DNA from: a virus
Strand: one strand, 5' to 3'
IMG/VR virus record: IMGVR_UViG_3300035338_000008
Span: 1-23,997 of that record
Length of the DNA: 23,997 nucleotides
The number at the start of each line of letters is the position of its first letter. Within the stretch, counting starts at the first letter, position 1. The notes under the pieces were generated by a model. It saw only the letters and a list, made by a program, of their open reading frames with translations, made no database searches and was not told where the DNA came from. A program made the position numbers and the translations under genes. Below, in pieces: positions 8,079 to 16,748 of the stretch.

Positions 8079-8501
8079 ATGGCATTACCTGAATGGAAGC
8101 AAATTGTGTTCAGTAAATTTGGTGCTGTAAATGCATTGTACAACGCGGTTAAAAAAGAGTTAGTAGCAATTGATACTCGTATTGATTCAGTTGAAGCAGG
8201 TACTGTTGCCCCGGGTTCTATAGACACCCCTGAACTGGCCGATGGTGCAGTGGAAAATGATAAGGTTGGTGCTGCTGCCATCACTTCTGATAAAATGAAT
8301 TATTTCTTATCAGAAGAACAGACCGGAGATGGAACTGCCCAGAGCATTGCTCATGGATTGAGTGCAGAACCTGCCCTTGTGTTAATCATTCCTAGTTTGG
8401 TTGGTACAGATGGGGCAACAATCACTTATACAAAAGGTTCTGCAAATGTGAACGTTACGGCCACTACCGGGGCAAAATACAGAGTATTTGCAATGCCTTA
8501 A
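8079..8501 (+). CDS. Putative head fibre / decoration protein
   Basis: Immediately after MCP, with an N-terminal helix, 10-residue repeats (GSIDTPELAD/GAVENDKVGA/AAITSDKMNY) and a beta-rich C-terminus. Confidence 0.55.
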   Translation: MALPEWKQIVFSKFGAVNALYNAVKKELVAIDTRIDSVEAGTVAPGSIDTPELADGAVENDKVGAAAITSDKMNYFLSEEQTGDGTAQSIAHGLSAEPALVLIIPSLVGTDGATITYTKGSANVNVTATTGAKYRVFAMP

Positions 8502-8513
8502 GGGGATTTAAAA

Positions 8514-8951
8514 ATGGCTGTGACTGTTGAAGCTGTCTTGGATCTACTGCAGGGATGGGAACTCAAAGAAAGCACCAGTGATGGTCCAGACCCTGAAGTT
8601 GATGATGGATCAGTCCACACCATCACAACAGAAGAAGTGACCAAATTCATTACCAAGGCCAAAGTCAGAGCAGCAGCGCACATTGAACTTGAAAACGTTG
8701 CTAAACTACCAGAAACAGACCTGGTTGATGAGGCTGTGGCTACCTGGGCGGCGGGCTTACTCTACAATAAATATGTGATTAAGGTCACTGAGGGAAAAGA
8801 AGACCAGGACCCCACGACATATGGGGATCGGAAGATAAGTGAAGCTAAGGCTATTTTGAAATCCGTGACTATTAGCCCAGAGGATGATGATTCTCAAGGT
8901 GGATCTCAAATAACTGTTTTTTCAATCAACAGTGAAACCCTGGATGAGTAA
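8514..8951 (+). CDS. Head-tail adaptor (SPP1 gp15/HK97 gp6-like)
   Basis: Synteny, size (145 aa), and helical pattern EAVATWAAGLLY...KISEAKAILK. Confidence 0.65.
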   Translation: MAVTVEAVLDLLQGWELKESTSDGPDPEVDDGSVHTITTEEVTKFITKAKVRAAAHIELENVAKLPETDLVDEAVATWAAGLLYNKYVIKVTEGKEDQDPTTYGDRKISEAKAILKSVTISPEDDDSQGGSQITVFSINSETLDE

Positions 8952-8953
8952 CC

Positions 8954-9454
8954 ATGTCAGTTAGGACTACTATTGATTCCAACATCAATAGCCTGGCAGC
9001 GGCTAATAAAGTCCGGGCTTCTAAGGTCAAAGCTGGAGTTCTTAAGGGTTTGGATGAAACTGGTAAGTTTGGAGAAAGGCAGATGAAGGCCATCCATGGC
9101 CCTCACAGCAAATCAGGGAAAATCCTACGGAGCATTAAATGGATTAAAACAGGGGAATACAGTCGGACTGTTGGTGTTTTCACCAATGAAATCTATCCTT
9201 TAATTCTTGAGAAAGGCCGTGGCCCTATTTATCCAAAACTCCGAGTTACTCCAAACACACAACATACTGGTTATCTAGGTAAGCATATTGGTGCAGCTGC
9301 ATTGAAATTCGAGATTGGCGGTAAGGTTATTTTCAGGCGTAGTGTTGGCCCTGCTAAACCACGGCCTTATGTGGAACCTACACGGCGTTCAATGCGAACA
9401 ATGTTCCCTAAAATCATGCAGAAAGAAATAGCCAACGCCATGGGAACCAAATAA
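8954..9454 (+). CDS. Neck / tail completion protein (HK97 gp10-like)
   Basis: Basic protein with SGKILRSI, YPLILEKG and ALKFEIGGKVIFRRSV..AKPRPYVEP. Confidence 0.7.
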   Translation: MSVRTTIDSNINSLAAANKVRASKVKAGVLKGLDETGKFGERQMKAIHGPHSKSGKILRSIKWIKTGEYSRTVGVFTNEIYPLILEKGRGPIYPKLRVTPNTQHTGYLGKHIGAAALKFEIGGKVIFRRSVGPAKPRPYVEPTRRSMRTMFPKIMQKEIANAMGTK

Positions 9455-9459
9455 ATAAC

Positions 9460-9468
9460 TTTTTTTTT
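9460..9468 (+). terminator. T9 tract (terminator candidate)
   Basis: Intergenic TTTTTTTTT directly before RBS GAGGAGG. Confidence 0.35.
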
Positions 9469-9483
9469 GAGGAGGGATTTAGG

Positions 9484-9963
9484 ATGTATCCAGACCTTGA
9501 TGAAACTATTAAGAAGGCCCTGGACGATGCTAAAACAGATGAATCTTTAGATGTAGGAGTTCTCAAACCTTACGCTATTGTTTTTCCAGGACCTAATGTC
9601 ACAACCCCACAGCCACGCAGGATCATGATCTACAATTACGATAATGATCTTGACACACCAGGTTACGATTCTGATGAACGTAAAGTGTACTATATCCTTG
9701 AAGTCAGCATTAAAAAAGTGAAATACTTGGAGGCAATGAAGCTACTGAAGAATATTACAGCTGCTATTGTCAAAGTACTTAGAAAAAGCCCAGTTATGGG
9801 TGGATATAAAGACTACATGGACATTGAAAAGATAACCCCTGAATATGATAATTCCCTAGTTCTAAAGAAGGCACATATCCAGGTAGCTTTCAAGGTAGAA
9901 GAAAATTATGGAATAGATGAAGAGGAATTCGACAGCATCAACTTGAATGTGGAGGTAGAATGA
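9484..9963 (+). CDS. Putative tail terminator protein
   Basis: 159 aa with an alpha/beta pattern, located before the sheath gene. Confidence 0.55.
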   Translation: MYPDLDETIKKALDDAKTDESLDVGVLKPYAIVFPGPNVTTPQPRRIMIYNYDNDLDTPGYDSDERKVYYILEVSIKKVKYLEAMKLLKNITAAIVKVLRKSPVMGGYKDYMDIEKITPEYDNSLVLKKAHIQVAFKVEENYGIDEEEFDSINLNVEVE

Positions 9964-10175
9964 GTATGACTGGTAAAAAGAAAACAGAGACTAAACCAGC
10001 TCAAGAAGGGAAAATAAGCCTAATAGTATTCAAAGAACTCCAAGGCATACCAAACATAACTTATGCAGGGTTCAAAGCTTCGCTAAAAGCAGAAGACTCT
10101 ACTGAATACACACTGGCAGAATTAGAGAAGGAATACAAGAAATATCAGCTTAAAAAGGCGTTTATCAAGAAATAG
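9960..10175 (+). CDS. Small hypothetical tail-associated protein
   Basis: RBS GGAGGT, ATGA overlap with the upstream stop, and position typical of the small pre-sheath gene. Confidence 0.7.
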   Translation: MSMTGKKKTETKPAQEGKISLIVFKELQGIPNITYAGFKASLKAEDSTEYTLAELEKEYKKYQLKKAFIKK

Positions 10176-10189
10176 GAGGAAGATAGATT

Positions 10190-11584
10190 ATGAATTTAGA
10201 TACAACAATTCCCGGTCGAAGTGCTGAATTTGTTGAACCTGATGTCTCTGTGGCCCTAGGTTCAGCTGGAATCATAGCAGTTGTCGGGCTATTTGAAAAA
10301 GGAGATGAAAACACACCCTATTATGCCAGGAACGCGAATGAAGCCCTGGACATAATGGGTAAGGATCCAGCCTATCCCGGGAGTAAGATCATACCATTGA
10401 TCTTCAAACCAGACCCTGAGAATAACAATTACGGTGCAACCAGTGCGATACTCATCAATGCTGGGACACGGGCAAGAGCATCATGTATACTAGTAGACAC
10501 AACAACTCCAGACCCCGTAACAGTCATGACACTAAAAGTGAAGGCTGGAACCTGGGGTAACGATCTCACAGTGACAATAGCATCTGGTTCCATTGCAGGT
10601 AAAAAAGTAACAATCATGAACGGAACGGAAATACTGGAGACCTGGGATAACCTGGCAGATGCAACAGCAGTGTACAACAAACTTAAGAGCCATTCAAGCA
10701 TTATCGAGGAGATAACAGCTGGAGATTTAACTAAGACTCTTAAAGACGTTGCTGCAAGTCCATTTGCTGGGGGAAGTGAAACAGCAGAACCTTCTACCAG
10801 TGACCTTTCTGAAGCCCTGGTGGAGATCCAGGATGAATCTTTCGACATCCTAATTTTCACAGACCTACTGGATGAAAGCTACATCCCCAGTGTGGAACAA
10901 TACCTTCAGGACCGTTTCGAGGCCGATAACGCCAGTGGAACTATCCTTGCAATGGATAAAGATAACACAGTCAGCCAAGCCAGAACCCTAACCCTGGCAA
11001 ATGATAGTGTCTTCATATTAGGACTTGTCTATCAAACATTCATCATTGGCAACACTGAGCTTAACGAAGCAGAAACAGCAGCCAGATATGCCGGGTATGT
11101 GGCAGGGATGAATATCAGTGAAAGCCCAACCAATAAAGTAATCTCTGATGTCACTGGCCTGAATAAGAGTTTCAAAACTGGTTCAGCTGATGAATATGCC
11201 CTGGTAGATGCAGGGGTGACAATCTTCAAATTGAAAAACAGGAAAGACAACAAGTTCTGTGTAGTATCAGCAGTCACAACCAGCCAGGAAACAGATGACA
11301 GTGGGAAGAAACTCAACGAAATAGTCACAGCCAGGACCCTGTTATTTGTCACAAAGTACATGGATGTGTCCAACTGGCCAGGAGTAACACGGTCTATAAC
11401 TGCCCTCAGCGGCATAGCGAATCAGTTGAAACAGAACCTGATTGATGAAAAGATTGTACAGGACCTAACCATCACACTGGAAAAATCCACCTCTGATGAA
11501 CAGGTTCTGAACCTGGACATTGCAATAAAAGTCCAGGACGTGATTAAACACATCCATAAACGTGTTAAAAACATTGTAGGGTGA
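10190..11584 (+). CDS. Tail sheath protein (contractile tail)
   Basis: 464 aa with IAVVGLFEKG..NTPY, KAGTWGNDLTVTI, PFAGGS, AARYAGYVAG..ESPTNK and LVDAGVT. Confidence 0.9.
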   Translation: MNLDTTIPGRSAEFVEPDVSVALGSAGIIAVVGLFEKGDENTPYYARNANEALDIMGKDPAYPGSKIIPLIFKPDPENNNYGATSAILINAGTRARASCILVDTTTPDPVTVMTLKVKAGTWGNDLTVTIASGSIAGKKVTIMNGTEILETWDNLADATAVYNKLKSHSSIIEEITAGDLTKTLKDVAASPFAGGSETAEPSTSDLSEALVEIQDESFDILIFTDLLDESYIPSVEQYLQDRFEADNASGTILAMDKDNTVSQARTLTLANDSVFILGLVYQTFIIGNTELNEAETAARYAGYVAGMNISESPTNKVISDVTGLNKSFKTGSADEYALVDAGVTIFKLKNRKDNKFCVVSAVTTSQETDDSGKKLNEIVTARTLLFVTKYMDVSNWPGVTRSITALSGIANQLKQNLIDEKIVQDLTITLEKSTSDEQVLNLDIAIKVQDVIKHIHKRVKNIVG

Positions 11585-11589
11585 TTGAG

Positions 11590-11955
11590 ATGGCTGTAAA
11601 AATATATGTGAATGGGGTGCAAGTTGCCCGTGGAACTGGATTCGATTTTGATGAGAAATGGGATACCAGTGAAGAGGACACCTTTGACGGCCCTGTCTAT
11701 GACCAGGGAGAATATCCCAAGTACACTGTGAAGATTTCTAAGATAGACACATACAATTCCCAGTACGAAACAATCCTTAGAAAAGCAATTGATGACTATC
11801 CTGATGGAGTTCCAATATCCATTGTGGATGGGAACGTGACTGATATTTTCACAGGTTGTATAATTGAATCAAGGTCCTTTAAACGCGACCCTAAAAGTAA
11901 AAGGAAAGTGGATTTCAGCTTTAAAGCAAAAACCCATGAGGAGCAAAGGACGTAG
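11590..11955 (+). CDS. Tail tube protein
   Basis: Small beta-rich protein directly after the sheath. ATG 11590 follows RBS GGGTGA; the alternative start is GTG 11581. Confidence 0.8.
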   Translation: MAVKIYVNGVQVARGTGFDFDEKWDTSEEDTFDGPVYDQGEYPKYTVKISKIDTYNSQYETILRKAIDDYPDGVPISIVDGNVTDIFTGCIIESRSFKRDPKSKRKVDFSFKAKTHEEQRT

Positions 11956-11961
11956 ATAGTT

Positions 11962-12369
11962 ATGGTTAAAGAAGAATCAAAAGGCATAGAAAGCTTTGAC
12001 GATATCGATGATTTCAACCTGGAAGCACTAATAGTGGAAGGGAAAGAAACCGTTATCGAAGACGAAATTGAATTGTACAATCCACAAACCAAGGAAACTA
12101 AGAAGATGAGGGTATACCTCCGTCCAGTTTCTCATTCAGAGTGGAGCCAGTCCGTGAGGTCTACTGGTAAAAATAGTAAAAAGGATTTGGAGGAAATAAT
12201 CTGTAGTAAAGCCTGGCTCACCCCTGATGGTATGCCTATTGAATTATCTAAGATTAAGGCTATGCAGAAAGGAGTGGTCACCCAGGTATACGAGAAAATA
12301 AAAATAATCAGTGGCCAACTGACCGATCCTTTTGAAGAAAAATATCTCGAAAAAATTACGGATTTTTAG
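11962..12369 (+). CDS. Tail assembly chaperone (gpG-like)
   Basis: Acidic 135-aa protein between tube and tape measure, ending ACG GAT TTT TAG. Confidence 0.8.
   Translation: MVKEESKGIESFDDIDDFNLEALIVEGKETVIEDEIELYNPQTKETKKMRVYLRPVSHSEWSQSVRSTGKNSKKDLEEIICSKAWLTPDGMPIELSKIKAMQKGVVTQVYEKIKIISGQLTDPFEEKYLEKITDF
12360..12366 (+). other. Predicted slippery heptamer G_GAT_TTT
   Basis: In-frame with the chaperone and directly before its TAG. Confidence 0.7.
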
Positions 12370-12545
12370 ATCCACGGAAAAAAGGTCGTTGCGGTTACCT
12401 TGTTACTTTACTGAAGAAACAGAAATACCGCCTTACTCTCCGCATATCTGATTTAACTCTTTTGCAGATTAACGCTGTGATGATCATCGAACATATCTGG
12501 TACGAATTGAATGATCCAGACTCAGATGAAATCGATGATGATTAA
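12366..12545 (+). CDS. gpT-like extension reached by -1 frameshift (59 aa, no own start)
   Basis: The -1 frame reads LDPRKKGRCGYLVTLLKKQKYRLTLRISDLTLLQINAVMIIEHIWYELNDPDSDEIDDD to TAA 12543-12545 and fills the gap before TMP. Confidence 0.75.
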   Translation, partial: LDPRKKGRCGYLVTLLKKQKYRLTLRISDLTLLQINAVMIIEHIWYELNDPDSDEIDDD

Positions 12546-12575
12546 CCTATTACCTCTCATATTGGTCTGATTCTC

Positions 12576-15308
12576 ATGAGCTACCAAGAAGAACTCCTTA
12601 TCAGGATAAGGTCTGCCTACGAATCCGGCGGATTCAACAAACTAGATGCTGACCTCTCCAGAGCCAGAGGAGGATACACTCAATTGCAAACAACCAGTGG
12701 CAAAGCCACAAGCAATATGAGTTCTCAGTTAAACAGCACAGCAGCATCAGCAAAATCTTTCGGAAGTACGGTAGTGGGGGCGTTTGATGGATTAGGAGGT
12801 GCGATAACAGGGGTCGTGGCCGGGTTCGGATTAATGACCATGGTCACCACAGCGTGGCAGGGAGCTACACAGGCACAACTCAACAAAATGCTTTTAACTA
12901 AAAAGTATGGAGCCGACATGGCTGACAGCCTGGTAAAAAACATTCAACAAATAGTTGCTGCTGTTCCAGGTGATGACACCTTTATGAATGCTTTCCTGTC
13001 TGGTGTGGCCCGTGTAGGAGACATTAAAAATGTAGACTCACTCAAGAATGTGGCCTATGTTGCATCAGACTACATGAATGCATCTTTAGCTGCTGGGAAG
13101 ATGGGCTATGAGATCCAGCAGGACCTGACTAAATACATCCTGTATGGTAACACAGCCGAACTTGAAAGAGGAAGTATCCTTTCATCCCAAGTTGATTCAC
13201 TTAAAAATAAGGCCACGATAGAAGAACGTGTCATGGCTATGAATGAGGCCATGAAGAAATTAGGCCTTGATGGTTTAAGCCAGCTTGATTCAGCAGCAAA
13301 CAGATGGGAAGAAGTTAAAGGAAACATTCAACTGATTCTCACCCAGTTTGGTACGGTTTTATTACCTTACATCCAAGCAGCCTTGAACTGGTTCCTGGAC
13401 ATCAACGAATCAACAGGGGGCTGGGCGGCCAGGATAGTAGTAATCGCTGGGATCATCATAGCTTTGATTCCAATCCTTGGTATGATCGCTGGGCCTTTTG
13501 CAACTGGTGCAGCGTTAGCTTGGAAAATGGTCACAGCCGTAACCGGATTAAAGTCAGCGGTTGCGGGAACTGCTGTTGCTGAACAGGCTCTTACCAGTTC
13601 CATTACTCCGGCCGATGCCGCTATGGGTAATCTCAATAATAAGGCAAACCAAGGAACTAGCCGTCTTCGGGCATTTGCCACCAGTGCGGCCGGGGTAACT
13701 CTCGGTCTCGCAGCCATGGTTGCAGCTCTCCTGGGAGTTACATACTACATCAGCCAAGCCAATAGTGCCCAAGTAGCGTGTGGCGAAGTTGAAGCTCAAA
13801 GAAAAAATCAAATAAACGCATTTAGCGCTACAATTCAAAATTTAGAAAATAAAAAGTCTGATTTGATTAAAAAAAGAGATGAATTAATCAAACAGGGAAA
13901 GAGCGTTATAGATATCAACCGACAAATCAGCGATACAGAAATAGCAATAACAAGCAATACCAACGCTTCAAAAGACGCTACTGATAGATACAACAAGTCA
14001 TTAGAACAAAAAAAATTATTGGAGAGTGCTGGTGAAGGTAGAATTTCAATAAGTAAAACAAATGCAGAAGCAGCAAGTAAAGGGGTATCTCCAGAGGAAT
14101 ATATCCAAGCTTATGGTGATGCAGATACTTATGAGGCCATGTATAAACAGGCCAAACTTCTCAGAGATATCCAAGGACCTTATGATAAACAGGCTGGAAC
14201 TATTGATAGGATAAATAAAGGCACCGACACCTACGCCCAGTTAATGAAATCCAACTCTAATGTTTTCAAGGAGTATAAACAGGATTATAAAGACTATGCG
14301 AAAAGTAGTGAAGATTTCTTCAGGGCCATGGATAAAGGCGACATTGGAGGAATGATCACAGCAGGAGTCATGAGTGGCTTTTACCAATTCAAAGTAGGAC
14401 TTGTTGAGACTAAAGTCAGTGTAATGAGCTGGATGCAGGACACGGGGAATGCAATAAAACAACCATTCATAGATGCATATAATTGGATTGTCATTTCCTG
14501 GAATGGTCTTCCTGCATGGTTTGGAAGCTTAGGTGGGAGAATAGGCCAACTATGGGGGGATGTTGTAAATTACTTCAATGACAAAACAACCATTGGGGGC
14601 CAGGTTTACGATGCCCTTAAAAAGACATATTGTATCATCATGGGTTGTTCACCTGGAATTATCCCGGCATTGCAACAACTTTATTTATATGCTGTGTTTG
14701 TGTTTAATGCCATATTATCACCAGTAATTGCTGCAAAAAACACAATTGAAAACTTTGTTAACTATATCCTACTCAGAATAGAGTTTCTGAAAAATGATAT
14801 AATAACAAAATGGAACTTGGCCCGGGCCATCGTGGGACAATGGATCGGTACGGGTGTAAGTGTTTTCTCAGACCCGATTGGATGGGCTCAGCAGAAATAT
14901 AATGAAGCTAAATCTTTTATCAGTCCTTGGATAGGCTCAGGAGTAAGTGTTGCAACAAATGCAATTGATATTGCTAAAGATGCTTGGCAAAAATTTAAAG
15001 ATTTCGTGCAGAATCCAGTTAAGGCCGTGGTTGACGTAGTGTTCAATAGTCCAAGTGCAGGTTCGCCCACAGAAGTGGATTATCTTTACGGCCAGGGCAG
15101 TTATTATGAAGCAGATTACAGGCCCATTGTAACCTCAACAACATCAGTATCTCCAATGTCTTCTTCATCAACTACAAGTAAAATAGTGATAAGTGAAGGT
15201 GCTGTTAAGGTGGAAGTTGGAAGTATTGACAGTTCAGAACGTGTTAAAGAAGTTGAAAATGCCGTTACTATGGCTCTTAGTGGTTTAAACGATTCAAAAG
15301 GAAGATAA
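12576..15308 (+). CDS. Tape measure protein
   Basis: 910 aa, helical and Ala/Gly-rich, with hydrophobic segments and periodic Trp/Phe (WIG[TS]GVSV repeated 29 aa apart at 14841 and 14928). Confidence 0.92.
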   Translation: MSYQEELLIRIRSAYESGGFNKLDADLSRARGGYTQLQTTSGKATSNMSSQLNSTAASAKSFGSTVVGAFDGLGGAITGVVAGFGLMTMVTTAWQGATQAQLNKMLLTKKYGADMADSLVKNIQQIVAAVPGDDTFMNAFLSGVARVGDIKNVDSLKNVAYVASDYMNASLAAGKMGYEIQQDLTKYILYGNTAELERGSILSSQVDSLKNKATIEERVMAMNEAMKKLGLDGLSQLDSAANRWEEVKGNIQLILTQFGTVLLPYIQAALNWFLDINESTGGWAARIVVIAGIIIALIPILGMIAGPFATGAALAWKMVTAVTGLKSAVAGTAVAEQALTSSITPADAAMGNLNNKANQGTSRLRAFATSAAGVTLGLAAMVAALLGVTYYISQANSAQVACGEVEAQRKNQINAFSATIQNLENKKSDLIKKRDELIKQGKSVIDINRQISDTEIAITSNTNASKDATDRYNKSLEQKKLLESAGEGRISISKTNAEAASKGVSPEEYIQAYGDADTYEAMYKQAKLLRDIQGPYDKQAGTIDRINKGTDTYAQLMKSNSNVFKEYKQDYKDYAKSSEDFFRAMDKGDIGGMITAGVMSGFYQFKVGLVETKVSVMSWMQDTGNAIKQPFIDAYNWIVISWNGLPAWFGSLGGRIGQLWGDVVNYFNDKTTIGGQVYDALKKTYCIIMGCSPGIIPALQQLYLYAVFVFNAILSPVIAAKNTIENFVNYILLRIEFLKNDIITKWNLARAIVGQWIGTGVSVFSDPIGWAQQKYNEAKSFISPWIGSGVSVATNAIDIAKDAWQKFKDFVQNPVKAVVDVVFNSPSAGSPTEVDYLYGQGSYYEADYRPIVTSTTSVSPMSSSSTTSKIVISEGAVKVEVGSIDSSERVKEVENAVTMALSGLNDSKGR

Positions 15309-15325
15309 AAAAATTATCTTCTGGT

Positions 15326-15556
15326 TTACCGATAGCTCATAGACATTGCCCATGCTAAAACAAACAAAAATATAATAGCTCCAATTAAGAACAGAGCACT
15401 GTTTTTAAACCATTTGCTCGTTTTTGCCCTTTTCTCTTCATTTTCATAGTATTTCAGGGTTTCTTCTGGCACGCCATTTAATGGTGTTCCACATTCTGGA
15501 CAGTGTTGTTCATTACCTTCAAGTTTAGTTCCACAATTCTTACAAAAATTATTCAT
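15326..15556 (-). CDS. Zinc-ribbon membrane protein (accessory gene)
   Basis: FCKNCG...HCPECG plus one C-terminal TM helix; RBS AGGGGA. Confidence 0.85.
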   Translation of the reverse strand: MNNFCKNCGTKLEGNEQHCPECGTPLNGVPEETLKYYENEEKRAKTSKWFKNSALFLIGAIIFLFVLAWAMSMSYR

Positions 15557-15580
15557 ATTTAGTTCCCCTGAGTGTAAAAT

Positions 15581-16009
15581 TTAAGTTACGATGACTCCCT
15601 CTTGCCATGCTGAAACAATTGGAATTGGATTTTTATCCTCAGCACTTATCCCATAACCTTCACACACGCCATAAACTGTTACCGTGTCCCCTACTAATAC
15701 ATTATTGGGCACTGTACCAACCATTTCAATTTTTACAATATAATTAGGATTGGCCATGGTAATCACCATGTTAGTTACATCCTTAGCTTGGACAGTGCCA
15801 GTGATTTTGATATTTTGATTTTTATAAGTATCTGCGTTTCGTTGTAAGGCCTCACCAGCCACTGTTGTGGCGTTTGCTTTAATTTGGTCTGAAGTTTGAT
15901 CAGCGGCAGTTGGCACATCAGTACTGTTATTTGATGTACACCCTGAAACAGCTACAATAAACCCAATCATTGCTAAAAGAGCCAAAATGCCATAATATTT
16001 TCTCCCCAT
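15581..16009 (-). CDS. Predicted lipoprotein with OB-fold-like domain (accessory gene)
   Basis: Basic N-terminus, hydrophobic helix, VAVSGCTS lipobox, Ser/Thr linker, YKNQNIKITGTV...GDTVTVYG OB-like pattern, and RBS GAGGTGA. Confidence 0.85.
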   Translation of the reverse strand: MGRKYYGILALLAMIGFIVAVSGCTSNNSTDVPTAADQTSDQIKANATTVAGEALQRNADTYKNQNIKITGTVQAKDVTNMVITMANPNYIVKIEMVGTVPNNVLVGDTVTVYGVCEGYGISAEDKNPIPIVSAWQEGVIVT

Positions 16010-16082
16010 TTGATCACCTCTACTTAATTCTTTTTCATACTTTCTTATTTATCCTTTACTAAAATTAACGAGGTTCTATTAC

Positions 16083-16733
16083 ATGTCTTACATTGTTCTT
16101 GATAACATACCTCTGAAAGTGAAGAGCATATCAAAAGACCCACAACGGAATATGGTAAATAAATCCTATGTGGGTGCAGATGGTTCATATGTCAAGTATA
16201 AAGGTTCAAAAGGCCTTAAACTTGATTTAACGGTTCATGTTAAGAAAGACCAGATACAAGAAGTTGAAGGATTAGAACGGAAAGGAACACCTGTTATTTT
16301 GACGAGTGAATCTAAGGCAAATTACAATGGTCAATACCACATTGCAGAAATCCGGCATAATGAGGGTAAAAAAGGGATTTGGAGTTATACGATTAGTTTA
16401 ATTGAATATGTGGTTCCAAATATTGTTTTCGGTGATTTTTCCAACTGGAATGTGTCCAGCGGAGGCGGGGCAGCAGGAGGGGATGATGAGGTAACACTCC
16501 CCCTCTCCAACTGCCCAACATTAAGGTTAGGAGACCGTGGGGATTGTGTTGGTGAACTCCAAACCTATCTGAAACTAACAGGATATTACATTTACAGTAA
16601 TGGTCATTCAATGGATGTTGATAATTACTTCGGAGAATCAACAGAAGAAAGCGTTAAAGCCTTCCAGGCAGCTAACGGCCTAACCTCAACAGGAGTAGTT
16701 GATCCTGAAACCAAATTAAAAATGATATTATAA
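16083..16733 (+). CDS. Tail tube initiator-like protein with C-terminal peptidoglycan-binding-like (PG_binding_1) domain
   Basis: Post-TMP position. A beta-rich N-domain is followed by a Gly linker (SSGGGAAGG) and LRLGDRGDCVGELQTYL...FGESTEESVKAFQAANGLTSTGVVDPET (16521-16730). Confidence 0.8.
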   Translation: MSYIVLDNIPLKVKSISKDPQRNMVNKSYVGADGSYVKYKGSKGLKLDLTVHVKKDQIQEVEGLERKGTPVILTSESKANYNGQYHIAEIRHNEGKKGIWSYTISLIEYVVPNIVFGDFSNWNVSSGGGAAGGDDEVTLPLSNCPTLRLGDRGDCVGELQTYLKLTGYYIYSNGHSMDVDNYFGESTEESVKAFQAANGLTSTGVVDPETKLKMIL

Positions 16734-16748
16734 AGGGAGGGACTGCTT

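Noticed and set aside
10429-11415. Long minus-strand ORFs (143 and 127 aa) in the sheath gene, and similar ones inside terL, portal, TMP, baseplate J and fibre
   Set aside because: They are fully antisense to well-supported genes and have typical shadow-frame composition.
11953-11964. Tube TAG is in frame with the chaperone ATG, and several genes end in TAG (amber recoding or pyrrolysine?)
   Set aside because: The TAG-terminated genes have expected lengths and the downstream genes mostly have their own RBS and start. No pyl or suppressor gene is seen.
13790-14060. Abrupt GC drop within TMP (15/60 G+C at 13801-13860 versus 38/60 at 13681-13740)
   Set aside because: It is largely explained by the switch from Ala/Gly-rich hydrophobic sequence to a Lys/Asn-rich coiled-coil, so it is not enough to claim a module swap.
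15309-16082. Invertible segment explaining the opposite orientation of the accessory cassette
   Set aside because: No flanking inverted repeats were found by eye and no recombinase is present in the window.
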